In this document: piece after piece, positions 46,317 through 59,728 of the stretch | Numbering within the stretch: the stretch's first letter is position 1 | Layout of the letters: every line of letters starts with the position of its first letter | NCBI GenBank assembly: GCA_002269645.1 | Contig: NIVC01003826.1 | Location: 1-64,000, forward strand | Length of the DNA stretch: 64,000 nucleotides | Direction of reading: 5' to 3' | From: Macrostomum lignano | Taxonomy: Eukaryota | The notes under the pieces: generated by a model | The model's database searches: none | What the model was told of the DNA's origin: nothing | What the model saw: the letters and a program-made list of their open reading frames with translations, nothing else | Position numbers and translations under genes: made by a program

Positions 46317-49300
46317 CTCATTGTGCCTTCTCTTCCTTCCTTCCTTTGTTGCATTTCTTTTCTATGTTCCTTGATCTTGTGCTTGACTATGCCCTTGTCC
46401 TTGACTTCATTTTATTCTCCATTCATTAAATTTGCTAATAAATACCACTACTATTAACTTAGCTAATTATTATTCCACACCCCAGCACACTAGATAAACC
46501 TTGTTGGTATTGGCTCCTCTTTTCTATCAATTAACTAGTTTTATTTTCTTTGTAATTTAAGCCTAACAATTAATAATAATTGATATTAGCACTGAAAACC
46601 ATATTTATTTGTTTTAATATTAAAGCCATAGCCTATCTTAAGTCATTTGCCTGTGGGGCATTAAATAACCAGCAGCTCTCATCTTAAAGAAAGCTCTGAG
46701 ACTTCAATGTTCCATAATATAAAATTACAGTGCTAGCAATGTTACTCTACTGACAGTAATCAGCTAAGTATTCAATGTACATTGATCTTAATGTTTAAGG
46801 ACCCAATCTGAACAACTACGCCTATTAAATAACTGCTCAACTACAATTATGACTACCTCCCCCCTGGTATTGAGGGAGCTGATGGAATATCTAAGGAGAT
46901 AATTGACCTAAACAAGTCTGTGAAACTTTGCAGCTTTATGAGTGCCAAGTTATGGATAGTGGCAATTTGAATTTACAATTCCTACAAAACCATATTGACA
47001 ACCACAATAATTTTTTCTTTTCTTGACCCCCATCTCAAGGCCTGCCTGAACTTGGCTTTTTTATATGCGTTTTTGTATGCCAACTCTCTATACTTCATAT
47101 ATTGAATTTGAAAATTCTATATATCAAGTATATGCCAAGATTGTTAGCAAGGGCAAAAATATGCCAGAATTTACTAGCATAAAGGCCACTTTCCTAACTA
47201 CGGCTTGTAACAATAAAACAAAGTTATTGCATTTAAAAGCAAAGCCACTGAGCATTAGATGAACATTAAAACAGAAGTAGGTCTATAAATTTTTATGAAA
47301 ATATTTAAACTTTGTATGAGATATCCTAAGAAAAGTGGCTAATAAAATTTAAGCACCAAAAACTTGTACAGTTTAGGGTAAAAAACTTGTACAAAAAAAT
47401 TGCTTGCACCTTTTGTTTCAAAACTGCTATGCAAAGATTTGAACTTAGAGCTTAAACCCAATTTTTTTTAATGTAAATTAACCTTTTTACATAAAATGAA
47501 GGAAAATTTGTATAGTCTAGAAAGCCAATGATAAACTTTTTGCTTCTTTAAAATTAACAATAAATAAAACTACTGTAAATGATTGCTAAGAATGTAAATT
47601 TTGCATTATTTTTTCCGTAGGTTTAATTTAAGTTTGTTTAAAATGAAAATATTTTTAATATTTAAAAAGACTTTGTATTTGTATATTTAAGAAAGCCTTT
47701 CTTAGAAAACTCTACTCATGAAAACCAAATGACCTTTTTTAGGAGGAATTTTTGACATACATTTTAGGGAAATTTTTTGTTTTTGGTATACACTGGCATA
47801 CATTTACCTGAGATAGGATTCTTGTTCAGCATATACTACTACACAATCTGGACCCTGGTATGCTAGATTAATCTGGCGTATACTCACAATTTTTGGTATA
47901 CTACTTGGCATATAATTTTTTTTACACTGGCATACTATCTGGCATATAAAAATGGATATTGAAAAGTGTTTAGATATATAGAATGTAGTTCAGAGTTTTT
48001 TATGTTTACGAGTATGTCACAGTCAGGCTTTTCATATCTTGTAGGCCTAGTTGCAGAATCAAATTGTGAAATAAAAGTGAATTTAAATGGAAAGTAATTA
48101 TTTTGAACGAATGAAATAAATCTTGGCATATATTGACTTCTTGCTATAAAGAGTATTAGCAAAAAAGCAAAAAAGTAAAATGAAGGAGCAAAAAAGGTCA
48201 TTTAGTGTGCCGCAACACTAGAAATAAAGCTTGTAACAAGCCTTCTTTTTTCTAGGATTACAAATTTTTCGAGTTGGAAAAAAATTGCTATATGCCATAA
48301 ACTAGCACATCATATAAATTGCCAGATTTTAGTCTGGCATACATTCAAGATGTTTAAAACTATGGCTATTGCCTTTGTCAAAGTGGGTCACTTTTTTATT
48401 GAGATAGGTTATTGGTTTACCAAATTTTATTTGGACAATCTGACTTTGCCAGCTTTAACTTGTGCCAATTTTTGAGTAGGCCTAAGCTGAATTTATAGTT
48501 TATAACCTACAAAGCCCCCAAAAATATTATTATTAAATAGACCAAGACTTATTTATTCAATACAACACAAGTTTCATAACAATAAGGCTGAAGGGCTAAG
48601 TTGTAGTTTTTCAAATGGTAACAATTGCACCATAGGTGGTAGGCCTAATTTATTAAGCAATGCCTAGGGACTAGGGTTACCAGTTATTGGCCTAAACAAT
48701 AAGGATATGTTATATGCCACTACCTTACTACCTAATTGCAAAGACTATAAATTAATAGTCTAATAGCTTTAATTCAAATATCTTATGCATATTATCCAAA
48801 TATCCTACGAATTAAAACACATTAATGACAAATTGACAATGACTGACAATGGATAAGAAAAAATAAAACTGAAGTATATTTTTTATTGAGTAGAATAGAC
48901 CTGGCTATAGGCCAAGGTCTTTTGCAAGATCAATGAAACACTTTGTGACAACTGGCACAGCAGAGACACAAGCAAACATACTGAACTAAGCCATGCACAT
49001 GCAAATCATACAAATCCCGTGCCAAATAATCGAGAACTAAAAAACCTAAAGTGTCTAGGAAAGTCGAACTTTGAATTATAGTGCTCGCGATTTTAAAATC
49101 CGACACATTTAAACAAAACAAAAGCTATCTAATTAAACTCTGGCTAATTATTTATCTATGAAAGACAGACTGACGACCTCAGCTGCTTGTATTCTACGGC
49201 TGTTAGTATATATTTACCGGAAGATGTTTTTATTAATTCGATTGATTTGATATAAGCATAGATAGATATAGATATATAGAATGTAGTTCAGAGTTTTTTA

Positions 49301-51448
49301 TGTTTACGAGTATGTCACAGTGAGGCTTTTCATATTACCAATTCCAGAATCAGAATCGGTTCGGATCTACCAAGAAAAACAGCAGTATAACTATTTAATT
49401 CTGTTGAATGTTTGACTGCCTTAACAACCTCACTTAGCACAATTTTCACTTTCTTCTTGGCGATTGTCATTCAATAATAAAAACTTTATAGCACGTATCT
49501 CCCTCTAGTTATGGAGACAAAAAGTTATACTTCACAAATTCGTTCTGGTTCTGGAACCAGAACAAGCAATATGAAAATTAGGCCCACTGTGTTAAATGTA
49601 CCCATTACCGGAATAAAATTAATTGCAACACAAACTTACATGTTAATTAAAAGTTAAGTTACATCAAAATTGGTTGCAGGTTCTGTACATGCACAGAAAT
49701 GTCGCCCATGGACCCCTGTATAAATAGCCAATATAGATATTGTATTTTTAGTTCTGCAATTTGATCGCTTGGAAACAAATTTTATCCCTCGTCACGACGT
49801 GGATTTTGAACTGCCATGCATGTGTAATAACTAATGGGGAGCTCTTATTTGCATGTAAGTTCAGTCAGCTGATCTATTGATACTTTGTGAGTAAAAAACA
49901 CACATTTGCATTCTGCGTCTATTTCGAGCGCACAGGAAATTGAAATGTTAAGCTCTACTTGTAGGACAGGGAATTAGACTCATGTAGCAGCGCTCGGGAA
50001 ACAAATGAGCTACACAAATTAAAAGCCTACAGCGATTCGCGAGCAGAAATTATATACTCGGCAGCTGATCCAAACCAGAGAAGCATAATATAATTATAGG
50101 ACGATGTCGTGATGTTTACAGTCAGTCTCTCGATCCATGCCGATACAATTTGCAAATAAATACACTATACTCGTAAATTTACATGTAGGTCTTAGGTTCA
50201 TTGTTCTGTGGTATCTTTTACATGTTTATTGTCTTTATATATCTTTATGTTTTTACCTGTACGTGTAAAAGTAGATTTTAAGGATGTGCAGGTCCCGTAA
50301 AAATACCAGAGCTACAGAGCTTATTGCCAGGCAAAACACATACGAGCTACGTAGTACACCTTCTATTTCACCAACAACAACTGTCCATCACTCCATATAC
50401 ATGTAGCTGCTAGCTGCGTCTTCATCGACCAAAACGCGAGAACCGCTAAATGCTAGTCGTGCTATGTTTGCAAGAATCGATTCTGCGAGGAGGGGGGGGG
50501 CAGCGAGGATCGACGGACATGCAGCAGACGGGACAGTGATGTGTCCTAACACGTGTGCCTCCATGGCACTTAAAGTCCTTTTCTCGCACAGTTTCCCTGA
50601 TGGTGCGGCAAGCCAGCTGTTCCGCAATCCGCGGCACAAATCAATTGCGACAGGCTCACAACTTTGCTTATGTGAATTATAGGAACGCTAAATGTAGCTA
50701 TATACTCCTAAAACATTCAATAAGCTTTTAACCCTTATTAGACTAACCGTTTCTGGTAGCATAATAAATAAACCAACATCAAAAAGTGGGTAAAACAACA
50801 CTACTGAATTTACCTGCATGGGCATCGAGGCATGTAACGGAACGTGGTGCACTTTTAGTTATGAAGCTTTGAAGCGAAAGCATGGGCGTTTATTTTTTAA
50901 CAGAAGTTATTACACAGCGATTTTGGAATTGAAAATAAATATGATGATTTATTGCAAATTACACGATCGCTGATCCACAGTACGCAGCATGCGCGAGGTG
51001 TCCTTGCATATACAGCACTGCGCATCGAGTATAACACCGTTAAAACTGACAGCAATAGTGCTAACGACACTTTAAAGTAGATTTGAAAACTTCGACCTGC
51101 CTCCATATGTTGTCAACTTAAGCACCGAATCTGAACCGGAAGCTCAGGTCCGAAAAGTCTAAAATAAGATTAATGATGAGACCAGTGGAACCCATCACCT
51201 GAGAGTTTTTTGGCTTCCTATAAGTCAGTTGGCTTGGTTTGGAGCTTCACTTCGAAATCCATTCCGGTGCTTGAGTTTACATCCTTTCTTGTGTAGAATC
51301 CCAGAGTTCTCTAGTAACTTTGTAAAGGCACCCAATCTACCATTGCTATCATAGGACTCTAGGCATGAACAAGCATAAAACTATTATGACCCATATATTT
51401 GCTCCTGCCGGAATGTCAGTCTGTTGTCAAAGCGCCGCATCAGGTCAG

Positions 51449-51940
51449 CTAGCTGTCCGCCCACCGCCCTAAGGTTTCCATAACTTCAGGCGTCTGCAGA
51501 ATTCTCAGCAGATCGGGATCCGTGAGGACGCCCTCAACGAATTCCTGGTGCGAGATCAGGCAGTTCCTATCCGTGTCCAGCTGTTTGAAGAAGTCTTCGC
51601 ACACCTGCAGTGGCGTCTTTCTCAGCTGTACGCCGCGATCGCGAGCAGTCTGAAAGACGGTGTTCATTATAGTCAACACCTCGTCTTTTGAGATGCTGTG
51701 ATCTTTATTGGCGTCAAATAATTCAAAGAATTGATGCGCCTTCTTGCGCAACAGTTCAGCCGAGCTGTGCGTCTTGGCTAGCAGGTTGAGAAAGTCAGAT
51801 CGGCTTCCGGACGGCTGAGTGGCCTTGAAGTCAGCGTACAGCTGGCGCACCTGGTCTCCGGTCAGACTGCTGGCGTCGGCTAGGAATGCCACGGACTCGG
51901 CGTCGAGCTCCAGCGGGGCTACTGACCTGCACTGAGTCAT
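51449..51940 (-). CDS. Neuronal calcium sensor (frequenin/recoverin family)-like EF-hand protein, intronless, internally shortened
   Basis: QVRQLYADFKATQPSG (cf. EVQQWYKGFIKDCPSG), EF-hands DANKDHSISKDE and DTDRNCLISHQE, C-terminal DPDLLRIL. Confidence 0.8.
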   Translation of the reverse strand: MTQCRSVAPLELDAESVAFLADASSLTGDQVRQLYADFKATQPSGSRSDFLNLLAKTHSSAELLRKKAHQFFELFDANKDHSISKDEVLTIMNTVFQTARDRGVQLRKTPLQVCEDFFKQLDTDRNCLISHQEFVEGVLTDPDLLRILQTPEVMETLGRWADS

Positions 51941-53199
51941 TGCCGTCTCCCTGCCATGCGATGCGGCTGATTGATAATAACTTCTTGAACAACAGGGCCG
52001 GATATTGCTTGACAGGATCCCGGCAACTACAGACTATGCAAACGGGAATGTTAATGCTTTAAAAGCAGGCGGCGCGGGGGGGCGGTTAGTATGGGGGAAG
52101 AGAGGAGGAGCTAAAGAAACCAAATCTGCTTCCGTCTACAAATGATGAGCGGCAGTGAAAACTCCCAGCGCTTTTGGCTCAGGCCAGGCAATCGATGAAG
52201 CCCTATTGGCGCGAGAGGAAGGATATTAAGGCGGATGGCTCGCGGATGCGACCATTCGCTCTTTAACCAATCGGGAAATCTAATAAAAAACAGAAGCGTA
52301 TTTTCGGCTTCAAACAAGATTGTTATAAGACAGGGAAGCACAGCATACGATCATATACTTTCTACGTATTATTGCACTAGAATGAATTAGAAAACTACAA
52401 ATGACTATACTTGTATAGTACATGTACAAACTTTTCTGTGCTAGCACAAAAAATTTGATTCTAACGCGACAATTAAGAAAGCAAGAAAACTTCACTGATA
52501 GATCCTTGAAATTAAATTAGCTTAAAATCTTTTGCTAGGCTTTCTAGTGAATTTTAAAGCAACGATTTAGGACAGTTTTTGAAAATTTCGAGATGAGGAA
52601 AAGTATAAGTTTCCAGACCTGACTCTGAAAATTAGAAGCTTTCCTCTTTCTGAAGAAAGAAAACAATGGCCATGAGGAGCAATTTGCTTCGGCACACGGC
52701 ATCTAAAAATACCCAATAGCATGCAATATTCCAAGTCTGCATTGCCTGTCTTAAGATATATAATTAGCGATGCTGCTCTCTCTTTGCATCCGTAATTTCA
52801 GAGTTGAGAAGAAACGGCCTCACCCCTCCAGAAGGCATATTAACTGCATGGATTTCACTTCGAAGAATCATTGCATTAAAGCGCCTGCACGCTTCTTGAA
52901 GAAAAACTCCGAGCTCAGCTTGGGTTGACGTGTGTACGCCTGAAATGAGCACACTGCTCATGCATGCCCGTCCCCCCACCCATAGCCATTTACACGCTAA
53001 GGCTTGCATTGTTCTACAGTCTTCAAGATATCAACGTGCAGCCTTTTGGTGTTGGGTGAAAATGAGATGGCAAGAGAGAGAAAGGTTTCGAGTGTGTACA
53101 AAATGCAAAATGATGCACACAAAAGACAAGCTATAAGATTCCCATACAGTTTTATAATAATGATGCTCTGAAGGCTCTCTCATCTGAACTCCTTAGAAG

Positions 53200-54114
53200 A
53201 TGTCAATTTTATACTTGATTCAGTTTTCACCAGTCTTCTGGCTAACTTTTCAGCTTGTTATTAATGCAAGTAGGGCTCATTCAGACAGCTGCCAAGCCCT
53301 TTTGAGCACTCGGCAGCTTCTCAAACGTACCAGCCACCTGCAGCCGGTCAGCGAGGCTGAGTTCTACGCCAGATTCCGTTTGGGCGACCAACTCGGCGCC
53401 GGGTCTTCGGGCTTCGTTGTTTCCGCTGTTGACACAATGCCCCAGCGGGCGCACACCGGATCGCCGAAGTCATTAGCCGCGAAGTTCGTCCGCATTGAAT
53501 CGCCAGCGGATCGACGTCGCCTACTAGCTGAGCTGACGGTCAATATTCGGCTCGGTCTCCATCGTGACGCCATGCTGTTGAACGACAGCTGCGCCGCGTT
53601 GCTGACGCCGCATCGCGCCGGCGGTTCGCTGCGTCAGGCGTTGAACCGTCTGCGACGTCAGCGCAGTCTCGGCGCCGCTGTCGAAGAGGCCACCGCGTCG
53701 CGCTTCGCCTCGGCACTTCTTCGCCAACTTCGTCGGCTGCACTCGGCCGGGTTTGTCCACGCCGACGTCAAGCCGGAGAACATCGTCCTGGACGATCCGG
53801 ACGACATCGCGTCGCTTACCCTGGTAGACTTCGGTTCAGTGATTGCCGGCAGGGTGGCCACCGCCAGGACTGCAGGCTACGCGGCCCCGGAGCTGCCCGA
53901 GGTTGCCACGCCCGCTGCGGACATCTGGTCGGCTGGCCTGGTCATCCGGGAGGTGCTGACGAGCGTCGGGCAGCATCGAAACAACTGGACGCCAGCGTCT
54001 CGTCTGGCCGCGGACTTCCTAGCCCAGCTGACGAAGACCCAACCGGAGGACCGGCCGACCAGCGCTCAGGCTTTGAGGCATCCGTGGCTGTCGAATTGGC
54101 GGCGTCGACATTGA
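53200..54114 (+). CDS. Ser/Thr protein kinase, compact, non-RD; 5' end uncertain
   Basis: LGAGSSGFV, AAK, HADVKPEN, DFG, GYAAPE, DIWSAG, RPTSAQALRHPW. Confidence 0.88.
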   Translation: MSILYLIQFSPVFWLTFQLVINASRAHSDSCQALLSTRQLLKRTSHLQPVSEAEFYARFRLGDQLGAGSSGFVVSAVDTMPQRAHTGSPKSLAAKFVRIESPADRRRLLAELTVNIRLGLHRDAMLLNDSCAALLTPHRAGGSLRQALNRLRRQRSLGAAVEEATASRFASALLRQLRRLHSAGFVHADVKPENIVLDDPDDIASLTLVDFGSVIAGRVATARTAGYAAPELPEVATPAADIWSAGLVIREVLTSVGQHRNNWTPASRLAADFLAQLTKTQPEDRPTSAQALRHPWLSNWRRRH

Positions 54115-55117
54115 ATACCATGTGCAGTAGATTGCCAAGCTCCTATACGCATTTGTTGCACCTGACTCAGGTTTTACCGAAAAATATACATTACAGAAAA
54201 TGGAGGCTTTCATTTTTCAGCCCACAAATTGTTATCGCTTTTGATAAGGAGACAAACCCAATGTTCATATTTTGATGAGCCTCGTATAGCTCTGCTGATA
54301 TTCGTAGAGCTTTTCATTTAAAAGTTTAGGATTCTTTGTTAATTTTATGACATTACGTATACATATCCAGTGTCTTAAAAATGCGAATTTGACTTATTGA
54401 TTTGATGAATTTATTTCATTATTTTTCTGCCACACATTTTGGTAACACAGTCAGCTAAGACTGATAAATGAATAAAAACAGTAAATGATGCTCATTGTTT
54501 CATTCATTTACTGTATGGGCATTGTGTTCACTTTCATTCACATCTGTACGACCGATTTCTGCTATGAATGTATACGGTAGGTGTATACACAAGACTTACG
54601 GTAGGTCTTGCTTTAATTAAATTACCTAAGCCGGCCATATTTTGCACGATATATTGTTAAGTATGTTACTTTTCATGGTGCAGTGTGGTACAGTGTTTTG
54701 TTTGTTTAAATGCTCTCGTTTAGGCGCCAGTTTAAGCTTCCTTTTGCGCACACCTGTTGTTACGTCATCAAGGTAATACTGTCTTGAAGTAGGCAATTAA
54801 TTAATTTGCGCCTCTCAGGCTTAATAAATAAATATATACAACCTTGCATCTGATATAGCATTGCCCGAAATATTTGTTCATGGCAATGACCTCCGGACAA
54901 TGACCGGCCATTTTCTGGAGGTAAAAAAACAAGACTGGACAACAATACCATAGGCGAAAAAAGTAACACGAAGCGTGAAATTCTTATATTTATTGAAGTC
55001 CAACAAAAAATGTTCCAACAATAACACTGCTTAGTCAATTGAGTGCAAGTCTAACCTATGGTCATGTTCTCATCACGACAGCAGGAGAAAGTCCAGAAAA
55101 TACGACGGTTGAGTCCA

Positions 55118-55400
55118 TTACTCAAATTTGCAACCATTGAATGAACAGTTGTGGAAACTGTACCTGACCGACGGATTGTCATGACTGATGCCGGTGATCT
55201 GCACGGAAGACGACACAGGTACTGGCACCGGTGAACTCTCACGCAATGGAGTCGCAACAGCTTGTGAAGAACCATTCAAATCAAGTGCCATAGAAACAGC
55301 CTCACTGGTAGACTGCAGCGAGCGATCACGGCGCTTGGACAGGTAACGGCGAGTTGTCCTCTCAGAAACCTGACCGGTTATCGACATGATGTCAGCCAGG
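55118..55400 (-). pseudogene. Possible C-terminal fragment of a tyrosine recombinase (Crypton/DUF3504-like)
   Basis: DIMSITGQVSERTTRRY resembles the YR box II IM..TGH.S......Y. It ends FHNCSFN. No upstream HxxR motif is visible. Confidence 0.28.
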
Positions 55401-55856
55401 TTTTTGGCCGTTGCCTGGAGTTCTCTCTTCCAGTTAACCCCCCATTATATTAGTCCAAGACTTCCCATGCATAGAAATTTCGCATGATAATAGATTTTAA
55501 AACCTGTAGCTAAGTCCTTTTACTGCATCAGTATTCCTAGATGTATTAGGTATAGGCCTTCACTGTTAATTCCCGAAATTCCTAGAGGATGCGCCCTCTT
55601 ACTTACAAAACCCTGGACTGCTTGTCCGCACAAGATTTACCCTTTACTAATCTATATTAAATCTCTAGTGTGTTAGCGCAAACTCGACAATTTCTGCGAT
55701 AGTCAAAGATATCCAAGGAGGCCTAAAACACACTTTAGTTAGTCTGGAGTAGCAATTCTAGACTAGACTTCCCTAAGCTTTCACCTTCGTGTCATGATCG
55801 TATCAGTTGCAGTTAACGCGAAATATATGCGCCAATTGCCATGGCTATTTATAAAC

Positions 55857-56185
55857 CAAGGGTTGGCATACTTTTTACCTCAAGGGCCAGACAGAGAACC
55901 AAGAGCATGACTGCGGGTCAGAGGAGGGGACAGAGGAGAGGGAAAAGAGATAGGAGAAAGGAGAGTCGAGAGAATAAAGAAGAGAGAAGAGGAGAGGAGA
56001 GGAGAGAGGAGAGAGGAGAGGAGAGGAGAGGAGAGAGGAGAACAGAGAACAGAGGAGATTAGAGAGAAGGGAGCTGAGAAGACAAGAGGCGCAAACCTTA
56101 AACGGGCCGGATTGCTATTGTGAAAATTTAAAGGACCCGAGGGCCGGATAGAGAGGCATTGCGGGCCGGATTTTGCCGACTCCTA
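55857..56185. mobile_element. hAT-family MITE containing a (GAGAG)n microsatellite
   Basis: Imperfect TIRs CAAGGGTTGGCATA / TTTGCCGACTCCTA, GGGCCGGAT subterminal motifs, perfect 8-bp TSD TTATAAAC on both sides. Confidence 0.85.
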
Positions 56186-56370
56186 TTATAAACGATATAC
56201 GTTTAATAGCTCCTTCTATTTGTTTAGCCAATATTTTTGTTTAATCAGTGAGTTACAGCGATCGATTTCACAATAATTTGATGTCGCCTTGATTTCCTAG
56301 AAATATTCCTAGAACATTGAGAGTAGAAGGCATGAGGGGGCTTCTGGGACAAAATTTTTCACCTCCTCCA

Positions 56371-59300
56371 TAATCCCATTAAATCCATCCATATTATCCC
56401 TGACAGAATCAGAAAAAAAGGGGGGTCGCACCTGCTCCAAAAACCTCCTCCATAATCCCATTAAATCCATCCATATTATCCCTGACAGAATCAGAAAAAA
56501 AGGGGGTCGCACCTGCTCCAAAAACGTCCTCCATAATCCCATTAAATCCATCCATATTATCCCTGACAGAATCAGAAAAAAAGGGGGGTCGCACCTGCTC
56601 CAAAAACGTCCTCCATAATCCCATTAAATCCATCCATATTATCCCTGACAGAATCAGAAAAAAAGGGGGGTCGCACCTGCTCCAAAAACGTCCTCCATAA
56701 TCCCATTAAATCCATCCATATTATCCCTGACAGAATCAGAAAAAAAGGGGGGTCGCACCTGCTCCAAAAACCTCCTCCATAATCCCATTAAATCCATCCA
56801 TATTATCCCTGACAGAATCAGAAAAAAAGGGGGTCGCACCTGCTCCAAAAACGTCCTCCATAATCCCATTAAATCCATCCATATTATCCCTGACAGAATC
56901 AGAAAAAAAGGGGGGTCGCACCTGCTCCAAAAACCTCCTCCATAATCCCATTAAATCCATCCATATTATCCCTGACAGAATCAGAAAAAAAGGGGGGTCG
57001 CACCTGCTCCAAAAACGTCCTCCATAATCCCATTAAATCCATCCATATTATCCCTGACAGAATCAGAAAAAAAGGGGGTCGCACCTGCTCCAAAAACCTC
57101 CTCCATAATCCCATTAAATCCATCCATATTATCCCTGACAGAATCAGAAAAAAAGGGGGGTCGCACCTGCTCCAAAAACGTCCTCCATAATCCCATTAAA
57201 TCCATCCATATTATCCCTGACAGAATCAGAAAAAAAGGGGGGTCGCACCTGCTCCAAAAACCTCCTCCATAATCCCATTAAATCCATCCATATTATCCCT
57301 GACAGAATCAGAAAAAAAGGGGGTCGCACCTGCTCCAAAAACGTCCTCCATAATCCCATTAAATCCATCCATATTATCCCTGACAGAATCAGAAAAAAAG
57401 GGGGGTCGCACCTGCTCCAAAAACGTCCTCCATAATCCCATTAAATCCATCCATATTATCCCTGACAGAATCAGAAAAAAAGGGGGGTCGCACCTGCTCC
57501 AAAAACCTCCTCCATAATCCCATTAAATCCATCCATATTATCCCTGACAGAATCAGAAAAAAAGGGGGGTCGCACCTGCTCCAAAAACGTCCTCCATAAT
57601 CCCATTAAATCCATCCATATTATCCCTGACAGAATCAGAAAAAAAGGGGGGTCGCACCTGCTCCAAAAACCTCCTCCATAATCCCATTAAATCCATCCAT
57701 ATTATCCCTGACAGAATCAGAAAAAAGGGGGTCGCACCTGCTCCAAAAACGTCCTCCATAATCCCATTAAATCCATCCATATTATCCCTGACAGAATCAG
57801 AAAAAAAGGGGGTCGCACCTGCTCCAAAAACCTCCTCCATAATCCCATTAAATCCATCCATATTATCCCTGACAGAATCAGAAAAAAAGGGGGGTCGCAC
57901 CTGCTCCAAAAACCTCCTCCATAATCCCATTAAATCCATCCATATTATCCCTGACAGAATCAGAAAAAAAGGGGGGTCGCACCTGCTCCAAAAACGTCCT
58001 CCATAATCCCATTAAATCCATCCATATTATCCCTGACAGAATCAGAAAAAAAGGGGGGTCGCACCTGCTCCAAAAACCTCCTCCATAATCCCATTAAATC
58101 CATCCATATTATCCCTGACAGAATCAGAAAAAAAGGGGGGTCGCACCTGCTCCAAAAACCTCCTCCATAATCCCATTAAATCCATCCATATTATCCCTGA
58201 CAGAATCAGAAAAAAAGGGGGTCGCACCTGCTCCAAAAACCTCCTCCATAATCCCATTAAATCCATCCATATTATCCCTGACAGAATCAGAAAAAAAGGG
58301 GGGGGTCGCACCTGCTCCAAAAACGTCCTCCATAATCCCATTAAATCCATCCATATTATCCCTGACAGAATCAGAAAAAAAGGGGGTCGCACCTGCTCCA
58401 AAAACGTCCTCCATAATCCCATTAAATCCATCCATATTATCCCTGACAGAATCAGAAAAAAAGGGGGTCGCACCTGCTCCAAAAACGTCCTCCATAATCC
58501 CATTAAATCCATCCATATTATCCCTGACAGAATCAGAAAAAAAGGGGGGTCGCACCTGCTCCAAAAACCTCCTCCATAATCCCATTAAATCCATCCATAT
58601 TATCCCTGACAGAATCAGAAAAAAAGGGGGTCGCACCTGCTCCAAAAACCTCCTCCATAATCCCATTAAATCCATCCATATTATCCCTGACAGAATCAGA
58701 AAAAAAGGGGGTCGCACCTGCTCCAAAAACGTCCTCCATAATCCCATTAAATCCATCCATATTATCCCTGACAGAATCAGAAAAAAAGGGGGGTCGCACC
58801 TGCTCCAAAAACGTCCTCCATAATCCCATTAAATCCATCCATATTATCCCTGACAGAATCAGAAAAAAAGGGGGGTCGCACCTGCTCCAAAAACGTCCTC
58901 CATAATCCCATTAAATCCATCCATATTATCCCTGACAGAATCAGAAAAAAAGGGGGTCGCACCTGCTCCAAAAACGTCCTCCATAATCCCATTAAATCCA
59001 TCCATATTATCCCTGACAGAATCAGAAAAAAAGGGGGTCGCACCTGCTCCAAAAACGTCCTCCATAATCCCATTAAATCCATCCATATTATCCCTGACAG
59101 AATCAGAAAAAAAGGGGGGTCGCACCTGCTCCAAAAACCTCCTCCATAATCCCATTAAATCCATCCATATTATCCCTGACAGAATCAGAAAAAAAGGGGG
59201 GTCGCACCTGCTCCAAAAACGTCCTCCATAATCCCATTAAATCCATCCATATTATCCCTGACAGAATCAGAAAAAAGGGGGGTCGCACCTGCTCCAAAAA

Positions 59301-59605
59301 CGTCCTCCATAATCCCATTAAATCCATCCATATTATCCCTGACAGAATCAGAAAAAAAGGGGGTCGCACCTGCTCCAAAAACGTCCTCCATAATCCCATT
59401 AAATCCATCCATATTATCCCTGACAGAATCAGAAAAAAAGGGGGTCGCACCTGCTCCAAAAACGTCCTCCATAATCCCATTAAATCCATCCATATTATCC
59501 CTGACAGAATCAGAAAAAAAGGGGGGTCGCACTCGCTCACAAAACGTCCTCCATAATTCCATTAAATCCATCCATATTATCCCTGACAGAATCAGAGCAT
59601 TATCC
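56371..59605. repeat. ~82-bp tandem array (~3.2 kb, highly homogeneous)
   Basis: CCTCCATAATCCCATTAAATCCATCCATATTATCCCTGACAGAATCAGAAAAAAAGGGGG(G)TCGCACCTGCTCCAAAAAC(G/C)T; variation almost only in homopolymer length and one site. Confidence 0.98.
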
Positions 59606-59728
59606 CTGACAGAAAGAAAAGAAACAAAGACTCATTATATTTTATTTAAGATTTAAGATTATATTTTATTTTCGTAAAGGTGTTTTATGTTTACTAACAA
59701 ACGACGACTGCAGAATCTTAAATCGAAA

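Noticed and set aside
50388-50682. Short GC-rich ORFs on both strands (also 52764-53136)
   Set aside because: No recognisable motif or splice context; cannot support a coding call.
56309-59571. Repeated ORFs MDLMGLWR.../MDGFNGIM...
   Set aside because: Artefacts of the 82-bp unit; frames change with homopolymer length.
56371-59605. Hammerhead ribozyme (retrozyme) in the 82-bp unit, suggested by CTGACAGA...GAAA
   Set aside because: The core needs CUGANGA; here it is CUGACAG, and I could not build the three helices.
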